From positions 1,376,001-1,440,000 of the forward strand of contig OZ243927.1 of NCBI GenBank assembly GCA_965213925.1: DNA of 64,000 bases, read 5' to 3'. The notes under the pieces are model-generated. The model ran no database searches and had not been told where the DNA came from. It worked only from the letters and a program-made list of their open reading frames with translations. Origin of the DNA: Trueperaceae bacterium (GTDB taxonomy: Bacteria > Deinococcota > Deinococci > Deinococcales > Trueperaceae). The translations under genes were made by a program, and so were the position numbers. Positions 18,464 to 26,077 of the stretch are shown piece after piece; position 1 is the stretch's first letter; every line of letters begins with the position of its first letter.

Positions 18464-19084
18464 TTAGGCATGTTCCTTTAGCACCTCTCCCACCGTCTGC
18501 AACATGTAATTCATCGACACTGCCCCAGGGTCGAGGTTTCCCCCGCCTCGGCCGACCTGCGACGCTCGCCCCTTCTCGCTTTCCATCTCTCTAGTCGCTT
18601 CCATCCCCTCTTTCGCCGCTGGTAGTGCATTCTGCCACGCCTCCGCGAGAGGTTTGTCCTTTTCACTCTCTAGCGCCTCTAAAAAGGGATGCAACGTGTC
18701 CAGCATCGTCTTCTGCCCCGGCTCGGCGTCGCCTAGCTTCTTCATGCGTTCATAGCCCATATGCATCGCTTCGTGAACGCCCGAGGTCGTCACCTCGCCC
18801 GGAAACTTGTTGCCGATCGTAATAATAAAAATACCTACGAGCGCTCCCGACGAGCCGCCCGCCGCGTCCGAAAAGGCTGCGCCCGCGTCACTGATGAGGT
18901 CGGCGGCGCTCTTAGCGTCCGCTTCCTCCACGGATTGTCGCGCCGCTTTGAGCCCACGCACCATACCCGCGCCGTGGTCGCCGTCGCCCGCCACCGCGTC
19001 GAGCTTGCCGAGTTCATCCTCGTGTTCAGCGATAACGTCGTAGACCTCTTGGAAGATTGTTTTGACAACTTGAGAGGACATCAT
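18464..19084 (-). CDS. dhaL: DAK2/DhaL-domain kinase subunit
   Basis: LDAVAGDGDHG, GGSSGAL, GQKTMLD, KGRAS, DPGA; TGATG overlap with dhaK. Confidence 0.88.
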   Translation of the reverse strand: MMSSQVVKTIFQEVYDVIAEHEDELGKLDAVAGDGDHGAGMVRGLKAARQSVEEADAKSAADLISDAGAAFSDAAGGSSGALVGIFIITIGNKFPGEVTTSGVHEAMHMGYERMKKLGDAEPGQKTMLDTLHPFLEALESEKDKPLAEAWQNALPAAKEGMEATREMESEKGRASQVGRGGGNLDPGAVSMNYMLQTVGEVLKEHA

Positions 19085-20085
19085 CAACCTCCAATATGGG
19101 TGTAAGCAGGCGTAGACGCTGGCGCTTCTACCAGTTCTTGCAGCTCATCGTCCAGCCAAAAGAGCGTTAGCGAGCAGCCCGCCATGCCGAGCGAGGAGAC
19201 CACTTGGTCCACGATAGGGTGGTAAATCTCGAAGTCACCGCTGAGCTTTTTATGGACGCTCTGATACAAAACGAACAGCTCTTCAGGACTCGTGCGCCCG
19301 AGCGTATTCGCAATCACTCCGACGCGGTTGCCCGCCTCTTGAGGGGCGTCTGCGAGGATGCGTTCGACCATCAGGTCAGCGATTTCACGCGCGGGGCGCA
19401 AGTCGCCTGTTTCGACTCCGGGCTCGCCGTGAATGCCTAGCCCGAGTTCCATCTTGCCTTCGTCCACGGTGAAAAGCGGCTCGCTCTTACCGGGCAGCGT
19501 ACAGCCCGCGAAGGCGACGCCGTAGGTGCGGATTCTTTCGTTGACCTTGTCGCCGATACGTTTGACCGTCCCTAAGTCATCGCCCCGCGCCGCGCTCGCG
19601 CCTGTGCACTTGTAGACGTAAAATGCGCCCGCTACTCCGCGCCGCTTCTCGCGCTCGTCCGGTCCGCCCGATGCCACATCATCGGTGATAATCACGCTGT
19701 CAAAGTCTATGCCGTCGTCCTCTAGGCGCATCCCCGCCATGTTGAAGTTCATCACGTCACCTGAATAGTTCGCAATACAAAAGAGAATACCCGCGTCGCT
19801 CTCTACCGCTTTAGACACGCGGTAGGCCTGCTCACCCGACGGACTGGTAAAGACGTTGCCGATGACCGACGCGCTCATCATCCCTTCGCCCACCACGCCT
19901 GCGAAGGTCGGATAGTGCCCTGAGCCGCCCCCGTTAATGACCGAAACGTGTCCCTTTTTCGGTGCGCCGTGCGCCATCACGCCGTCCGCGTTGGGGACGC
20001 GCTTCCAGTAGCGGCTGTAGGCCGCCGCCATGCCCCCTATAAGCTCTTCCTTAAAGTCCGTCGGGTCGTTGACGAGGTTCGCCAT
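19084..20085 (-). CDS. dhaK: DAK1/DhaK-domain kinase subunit
   Basis: GGGSGHYP, FTSPS, NYSGD.MNF, DDVAS, RRGVAG, GLGIHGEPG. Confidence 0.9.
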   Translation of the reverse strand: MANLVNDPTDFKEELIGGMAAAYSRYWKRVPNADGVMAHGAPKKGHVSVINGGGSGHYPTFAGVVGEGMMSASVIGNVFTSPSGEQAYRVSKAVESDAGILFCIANYSGDVMNFNMAGMRLEDDGIDFDSVIITDDVASGGPDEREKRRGVAGAFYVYKCTGASAARGDDLGTVKRIGDKVNERIRTYGVAFAGCTLPGKSEPLFTVDEGKMELGLGIHGEPGVETGDLRPAREIADLMVERILADAPQEAGNRVGVIANTLGRTSPEELFVLYQSVHKKLSGDFEIYHPIVDQVVSSLGMAGCSLTLFWLDDELQELVEAPASTPAYTHIGG

Positions 20086-20716
20086 AACTCTCTCCTCTCG
20101 AGCTGCTGCGTTCAGGATTGTGGCGTTGCTCGTAGATTCTAACGTACTTTTAGCAGATATACCCCTAGCGGGCTAGCGGGAGCAAAGCGAGTACCACGCG
20201 ACTGCACGACAGACATCTGTCTGCTCGGGCGAAGAAGGAGTGATCGCGGAACTGATATTTTTTGCTGACCGTGCTTGTCCCTAGTCGAAGAGCCGCGATG
20301 ACTCGAGCTTTCGTCTCTATCTTCAGACCGGAAACGTGACCTCCTAGCTATAAACGGTTGACCGATGTTAGCTGCGTCACTGTGATGAGCTACGTCTCTG
20401 GTCAAGCTATAAGGGGCGTGATACTTCGCTACTAGGTGTCAGAGCCTCCAAATAACGCCACTTCGAATCTTCAGGAAAGGTTATAACTTTTCACATCTTT
20501 GCAAAAAGCGTGAATAACCCCTCGCTTTTTTCGCGCGTAACTTCTACAATGGAATATGGAGCTTATCAATAATCCATATAAAACCATGTTGAAAGCGCTT
20601 CAACCTAGTGGAGCAGGCTTTCGCAGGTGCCACTGTTTAGGGCGCGTTGCGGCGAATGCTCCTCTCGCGGAGCGCGCGTATGACCGGGTGGTGCCTAGTA
20701 CCGGGAGGTGCCACTC

Positions 20717-21190
20717 ATGAACGCCGTCGATATCTTTCTCGTCTTAGATGACCGTGACACCAATAAACTTCCGCTTGGTAAAACCCTAGATACCATCCCC
20801 GACGTACTGGAGGTGACGCGCGACTACGTAAAGGGTCCGCTCAAGGAGACTTATCCCGCGCTCTACACCTTTACCGAGTTCGGTCTGCAGGCGATTGAAA
20901 GCTTTATGATCGCGATCACCGATCATACGGATTACACCGCCAACATCGGCGTGGCGGACCTCAGCGATATTCCGCTCCTAGACCGCGAACTCGCGGGCAA
21001 ACTCGCCGCGAACTTTTTGACGGCGCTGCGCGTCAGTAGAGGCAGACAAGAGGAGGTCGCTTTGAACCTCTTAGGCACGCAGTATACCGACGACTGGCGC
21101 AACGCCTCCTTTACCGTCGAGCCGGGTAGCTGGCTCATCCGGCACCTTAAAGGCGAGAGCGACCCCATACCGACCTCGATTCAAGCCTGA
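20717..21190 (+). CDS. Hypothetical protein
   Basis: 157-aa ORF with GGAGG SD and host-like codon usage; no motif recognised. Confidence 0.7.
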   Translation: MNAVDIFLVLDDRDTNKLPLGKTLDTIPDVLEVTRDYVKGPLKETYPALYTFTEFGLQAIESFMIAITDHTDYTANIGVADLSDIPLLDRELAGKLAANFLTALRVSRGRQEEVALNLLGTQYTDDWRNASFTVEPGSWLIRHLKGESDPIPTSIQA

Positions 21191-21232
21191 GCTTGAAGGG
21201 CGCACACGACTTAGGTAGAATAGTGAGCGCGT

Positions 21233-21306
21233 GCGCCCGTAGCTCAGTAGGATAGAGCAGGGGACTCCTAAGCCCAAGGTCGTAGGTTCGACTCCTACCG
21301 GGCGCA
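21233..21306 (+). tRNA. tRNA-Arg(CCT), CCA not encoded
   Basis: Acceptor stem GCGCCCG/CGGGCGC, D arm GCTC/GAGC, anticodon loop CT-CCT-AA, T arm GTAGG-TTCGACT-CCTAC; promoter TTGAAG-17-TAGAAT at 21193-21221. Confidence 0.92.
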
Positions 21307-21330
21307 TTACAGAAAGTGCGTCATAGACGC

Positions 21331-21362
21331 AAAAGAGAACCCCGCCTCGAGCGGGGTCTTTT
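21331..21362 (+). terminator. Intrinsic terminator after the tRNA
   Basis: ACCCCGC-CTCGA-GCGGGGT followed by CTTTT. Confidence 0.75.
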
Positions 21363-21660
21363 GCTAAAAGGGCGAGGTACAGCTGTGGGCTTCAGTTCGC
21401 CTTCCCCTCACTCTTTGCGGACAGAGCACGTGGAAGGCTGTCTGAGATCGGACCCGTCGACAATTGAGAGCACCTTGTGTTCCCCCTGCATGAAAACTTC
21501 GTCCCTAAGGGTTTTCAGACTGCTGCGCAGCTTGCAGAAAGCGGCGCTTTGTCTCAGTATGCCGTGCCCATCTGTGATGGGACGTAAACTCGGCGCTCCG
21601 CTGAAAAGCTCTGACGCTCTCGGTAAGGATAAGTAAGCTGTGCAATTCCGTATAAAAACG

Positions 21661-21691
21661 AAAAGAAGCCGAGCAAGGCTCGGCTTCTTTT
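21661..21691. terminator. Bidirectional intrinsic terminator downstream of the SRPBCC gene
   Basis: AAAAGAAGCCGAGC-AAG-GCTCGGCTTCTTTT. Confidence 0.85.
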
Positions 21692-21706
21692 GTATCAGCC
21701 TGACAT

Positions 21707-22675
21707 TTAGTTCTTCTCTCTCGCGTCCTCCGACGCTTTGGGCGGGAGGGCACCTTCCGGTTTTTTCACGAGTTCATCTGTGTCGGCGTAACCTGTCGCT
21801 TCGCTGTTGGCGCGCCGCGCGGTTTCGAGGTTGTCGCCCTCGGGCGTGGGGATAGCGTCGCCACCGGTGTGAACCGAGTCCTTCTTCATATTATCCGAGC
21901 GCAGACCGCTACTCGAGCCTGGCACACCTAGCGACGGCGTCCCCTCTTCATGCTCTAGCACCGGGCTCTGGGGCGTTGTGCTCGCGTGGCTGTCGGTTGC
22001 ACCCCGAATCGTCCCCGACTCCATCTCGCGCTTGAAGCGCTTTAGGTCGTCGCTAATCTGCTGCGCGGGCTCCTTGCCGAAGAGTTTGGCGACGGCTGCG
22101 CCGAGTTGTCCGCCCGGCGGGTGATAGGTCAGCGAGACGACCACTTCGGTGTGCTCATTGTTCCTACCCGTCGGGCTGAAGCGCACCGCGCCCTCGTTGG
22201 GTACATCCGCGTTCTCTACCGAGCGCCACGCGATGAGTTCGTTTTGTCTGTCGTCGGTGATGACTGCGTCCCACTCGATGCTCGAGCCCAACGGTCCAGT
22301 CGCCACCCAGCGCGAACGCTCGCCGCCGAGTTCACGCACGCGCTCTAAGTGCGTCATGATGCTGCCTAAGTTCTCCAAGTCGCGCCAGTATTTGTACAAC
22401 TCGCTCGCCGGCTTCTCCACCGTAACGCTCTCGCGAACCTGCACGCCGTTAATGCGGCTGCGGTTGTCGTAAAAGCCGTCGTCCGTCTCGCCGTAGGCTG
22501 TGATGCCCTGGTAGATGAGGTAGCCGCCCGCTGCGGCGAAAAGTGAGCCCGCCACGAGAAAGGTCCAATCCGCGCTCTGACTCTTACCGCTAGGATGGTA
22601 CGACGCATTCTCTTCAATGTCGCGGTTCTGAAAACTGTCATTCTGAAGATAGGTTTCTGAGGGTTTCCGTGTCAT
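21707..22675 (-). CDS. SRPBCC (cyclase/dehydrase-like) domain protein with N-terminal TM segment and disordered tail
   Basis: V..SVTV.KP..ELY.YWR.LENL...SRW...EWDA.I....NELIAWRS...G.VRF...Y.PPGG..G; GGAGG SD. Confidence 0.9.
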   Translation of the reverse strand: MTRKPSETYLQNDSFQNRDIEENASYHPSGKSQSADWTFLVAGSLFAAAGGYLIYQGITAYGETDDGFYDNRSRINGVQVRESVTVEKPASELYKYWRDLENLGSIMTHLERVRELGGERSRWVATGPLGSSIEWDAVITDDRQNELIAWRSVENADVPNEGAVRFSPTGRNNEHTEVVVSLTYHPPGGQLGAAVAKLFGKEPAQQISDDLKRFKREMESGTIRGATDSHASTTPQSPVLEHEEGTPSLGVPGSSSGLRSDNMKKDSVHTGGDAIPTPEGDNLETARRANSEATGYADTDELVKKPEGALPPKASEDAREKN

Positions 22676-23031
22676 GACTGCCTCCTGTACTCGTATGGTA
22701 GGTGCCTCGCTCTCAACCTTTTACGGCTCATCTCACAATTGACCTTCATCGTTGGGTTTCACAACTACAGTTTTGAAAAGTGTGAAGGCGGAAAACGAAC
22801 CTCTTATCAGGTGAGTTTGTTCGCGTGAAAGAACTCTGGTACAACCTAAAACCCGGACGAAACTCACTTAGCACCGTTCAGCACGGTGAACCTAGCCGTG
22901 AACCTCAAGATAGCCGATTTTCCTGTTCTCAACAGCGTTCTTTAAGAACCTCGAGAAGCGTTATGCAGACTTTTGTTCGGGTTTGGGTGCAACCTCTTGA
23001 CGAATAGCGCATACGGGTGTAAGATAAGATT

Positions 23032-23074
23032 TATAACCAGTTGAAGAAGACGCGCTCCGACGAGCGCTTTTTTT
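23032..23074 (+). ncRNA. Putative very short RNA or attenuated leader
   Basis: TTGACG-17nt-TAAGAT (22997-23025) followed closely by GCGCTC-CGAC-GAGCGC-T7. Confidence 0.45.
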
Positions 23075-23131
23075 ATGCCCTTTAGGTTCTTCGTGTGCAG
23101 AGCCGAACTGGCCAAGCGGTAAACTCAACGC

Positions 23132-23582
23132 ATGGCAACGAGATACGTTCATACCAACCTTATCGCTGAGGACTGGAAGAGGTTGGCTGACTTCTACGAA
23201 GAGGTCTTTGGCTGCCGCCCTGTTCCACCCGAGCGCAACCAATCGGGCGCATGGTTAGAGAGAGGGACGGGCGTAAAGGGCGCAACCCTGCGCGGCGTCC
23301 ATCTGCGCTTACCCGGCTACGGCGAGAACGGCCCGACCTTGGAGATTTACGCCTACGCTGAGATGAAGGAGAAACCGTCCTCGGCGGCGAACCGGCTGGG
23401 CTTAGGGCATCTCGCTTTTATAGTAGACGACGTGGCAGAGGTGCGAGAAGAGGTCTTGGCGCGGCGCGGGCGAGACCTCGGGGCGGTTACTGAGACGGAA
23501 ATTGAAGAGGTGGGAACGCTGAAATTTATCTAGTATGACCGACCCGGAAGGAAACATCTTAGAGCTTCAACATTGGTCTTAA
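23132..23582 (+). pseudogene. VOC family protein with a 1-bp frameshift near the 3' end
   Basis: Stop at 23531-23533 (ATC TAG T ATG); the conserved tail MTDPEGNILELQHWS continues in the +1 frame to TAA at 23582. Confidence 0.85.
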
Positions 23583-23597
23583 AGTTTTGCAGTCTTA

Positions 23598-24480
23598 ACC
23601 CCAATTCGGAAAAGGGAAATTCAAAGCTCAAATGCCCCTAAACGGCTGAGTTGGTAAGCGAGCAAGGTGGTGTAAACGTGCAGGATGCAGCCCACCGTCG
23701 AGCGGTAGGGTCTGTCAGAGAGTCCAAGTCTATCCAAGGACGAGAAGACCGACTCAACGATGCGGTGTCCTTGGTAAAGCCTCTGCTCACGCTTGGGCGG
23801 GGGTAGCTGGTTGCTGCGGCGCGGGGTTATAAGGTCAACCGCTTGGGAGGCAACGTCGGCTTTAAGCTCGGAGCTGATATAGCCTTTATCGGCGGTTACA
23901 ATGGCGTAAGTGAGTTTGTCTAGTAGGCGAGGCGCGACCTTAACATCATGTTCGTTCGCGCCTCGCAGCAGTACCTCACAGAGTCTGCCTGTATCGTCCA
24001 CACGCGCATGAAGCCGAAAGCCATAGAAGGTGGTGTTATGGACGTGGTCACGCCCATAACTGCCCGCAAGCTTGGTCCTTTTAGCACGGGCAAAATCTAC
24101 TACTTCTAGTTTCTTCGAGTCGAGGTGCTGTTTCGTCGTGTTATGCCCGGTGCAAAGCTGTTTAACCGCGAGAATAATCTGTCCTATCAGGAGGCGCTTA
24201 CGCTCACAAAACGTTGAGGGTACAGGTACGTCCACGCCGAACGATGCAGCAACTTCAAGCATCTTCCGGCTATAGCGAAAACTCGACAGCTTCTGATAGA
24301 CCGCTAAGGCGATGATGAACGAGTCTGGAAAAACAGGAGCACGTCCTTGAGGGGCTTTTCTACGCTTCTTGAGGGGTAAACGTTCGACGGCTTGTATAAT
24401 CTCTTCGAGGGTTGGGATTTTGCGCATACATCATTGCAACCCTCACTTCTCCCGCTGTCAAATCTTTTCCGAATTGGCGT
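23598..24480 (-). mobile_element. Complete IS982-family insertion sequence (883 bp)
   Basis: 17-bp TIRs ACCCCAATTCGGAAAAG / CTTTTCCGAATTGGCGT (1 mismatch); 7-bp direct repeat AGTCTTA at 23591-23597 and 24481-24487. Confidence 0.93.
23621..24427 (-). CDS. IS982-family DDE transposase
   Basis: LDS, FYGFRLH, ANEHD, ADKGY, R.IVESVFS motifs. Confidence 0.9.
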   Translation of the reverse strand: MRKIPTLEEIIQAVERLPLKKRRKAPQGRAPVFPDSFIIALAVYQKLSSFRYSRKMLEVAASFGVDVPVPSTFCERKRLLIGQIILAVKQLCTGHNTTKQHLDSKKLEVVDFARAKRTKLAGSYGRDHVHNTTFYGFRLHARVDDTGRLCEVLLRGANEHDVKVAPRLLDKLTYAIVTADKGYISSELKADVASQAVDLITPRRSNQLPPPKREQRLYQGHRIVESVFSSLDRLGLSDRPYRSTVGCILHVYTTLLAYQLSRLGAFEL

Positions 24481-24484
24481 AGTC

Positions 24485-24949
24485 TTAGAGTGTTTTCATC
24501 ATGAACACGCTGTTGGGGTCGTCTGTGTAGTCCGCGAACGGTCCCCAATAGTCGAAGCCGTACCGCTCGTAAAGCCCTCTTGCCGGCGCGAATTCTGGCT
24601 GAGACCCGGTTTCTAAATTTAGAGAGGTGTAACCGCGCGCTTTAGCCTCTTTGAGGATATGCTCAAGAATCTTAGAGCCCACACCTTTGTCCCGGTGCGC
24701 CTTGACCGTGCGCATGGATTTGACCTCACCCGTTTTCGCGTTCAGCGCTTTGAGCGCGCCGCAGCCGAGCAATTCGTTCCCGTTCCACGCGGACCAAAAG
24801 GTGATCTCGGGCGCGCGCAAACCCGCCAAGTCGAGCGCGTGGATGCTCTCGGGCGGCGAAATCTCGTGCATGTTATCCAGATGTTCCTGTAAAAAGTCGA
24901 CAATCCTCTCTCCGGTCAAGTCGTCTTCGCGAATATGTACACGGCTCAC
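24485..24949 (-). CDS. GNAT N-acetyltransferase (YedL-like)
   Basis: SPPESIHALDL, GCGALK, GEVKSMRT, LETGS, DPNSVFM; start uncertain. Confidence 0.9.
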   Translation of the reverse strand: MSRVHIREDDLTGERIVDFLQEHLDNMHEISPPESIHALDLAGLRAPEITFWSAWNGNELLGCGALKALNAKTGEVKSMRTVKAHRDKGVGSKILEHILKEAKARGYTSLNLETGSQPEFAPARGLYERYGFDYWGPFADYTDDPNSVFMMKTL

Positions 24950-24959
24950 GGCTCCTAGT

Positions 24960-25433
24960 TTACACACTCAGCTCGAGCCCCTCCACCTCGACCTCTTGTC
25001 CCCGCACCCGCACGCGCGCTAACGCCACGGGCAACTTGAACCGCCTTGGTCCTGCACTCCCCGGATTGAGGTAGAGCACGCCCTTTTTCTCCTCCACGGA
25101 CGGTTTGTGCGAGTGTCCGAATACGACAACCTGAAAGCCCGCTGCAGCAGGGTCGAGGTCTAAGTCTTCCAAACTATGCAGCATGTAGAAAAAGACGCCG
25201 CCGACCTCTACAACTTCCGTTACCGGGAGCTGCTGCGCCCACGCGCCTCTGTCTACGTTACCGCGCACCGCTTTAACGGGCGCGACCTCTTCCAGTTTCC
25301 CTAAAATTTCCGGCTTCCCTACGTCGCCCGCGTGGAGGATGAAGGAGACGCCGCGCAGCGCCTCCAACGCTTCGGGGCGCAAAAGTCCGTGTGTATCCGC
25401 GATGACGCCGACGAGGTGTTCTGATTCGCTCAC
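24960..25433 (-). CDS. Metallophosphoesterase (YfcE/MJ0936 family)
   Basis: DTHG, HAGD, GNVD, GHSH, LNPGS. Confidence 0.93.
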   Translation of the reverse strand: MSESEHLVGVIADTHGLLRPEALEALRGVSFILHAGDVGKPEILGKLEEVAPVKAVRGNVDRGAWAQQLPVTEVVEVGGVFFYMLHSLEDLDLDPAAAGFQVVVFGHSHKPSVEEKKGVLYLNPGSAGPRRFKLPVALARVRVRGQEVEVEGLELSV

Positions 25434-25483
25434 GGCTTAACCGTAACCCAAATGGGGGTGGGTGCCCTGAGGGGCAGCTAACG

Positions 25484-25511
25484 AAAACGCCTCGAGCGTG
25501 GCTCGAGGCGT
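25484..25511 (-). terminator. Intrinsic terminator downstream of the rhodopsin fragment
   Basis: Minus strand reads ACGCCTCGAGC-CAC-GCTCGAGGCGT-TTT. Confidence 0.7.
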
Positions 25512-25531
25512 CGTCTTAAAGAACGCTCTGA

Positions 25532-25702
25532 CTAAGCTAACTGCCGCGTGTCCGCCACCTCTTCTTCGGGCACCTTCCGCTCCGCGAGCTTCGCCGCCGC
25601 GATGTAGACCACCACCGCCGCGCCTATCTTGTTGACCATGTCCGCCACCGTAAAGGCGATATGCACCCAGTTCAGTGACAGCCTGGGCGTCAGCTTGGAC
25701 AC
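25532..25702 (-). pseudogene. Microbial rhodopsin helix-G plus C-terminal tail fragment (56 codons)
   Basis: NWVHIAFTVADMVNKIGAAVVVYIAA resembles the proteorhodopsin-type helix G motif D-x-x-N-K; helices A-F are absent. Confidence 0.65.
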
Positions 25703-26077
25703 GCACGAGTTTACCCTATATCCTCTTTGAACTCTGGCGAGGTGAGAGAGGATCAGGCTTCTATCACCGAGGTGAAAGCGTAGCAAGTCAGGCTATAAAA
25801 TGGTCAACATTTTAGGATAAACGCTTAGCTGGTAGGCTGAAATCCAGTCAAGCTGGTTACGTAATCTTGCCCCCTTTTGGGGACCTACGGCGACGAAGCA
25901 AACGAACGGTTTGACAAAGTCAAAACTTACGTGAGCTGACGAGCCGAACTGCTCTTGGCGTAAGTAAAGGCAAGGAAAATCGAGTTCCAGAGAGTGATGG
26001 TAAATACCTGAGAGAAGATTGCAGGACGCTGTATAGTGGAGAGGCTCGAGCTACACTCTTTAGCAGGAGGTCCGCGC

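Noticed and set aside
22810..22870. Hammerhead ribozyme (GGACGAAAC with flanking pairing)
   Set aside because: The CUGANGA core is missing
21307..23600. tRNA-anchored genomic island or prophage
   Set aside because: No integrase, and no duplicated tRNA 3' end seen in the window
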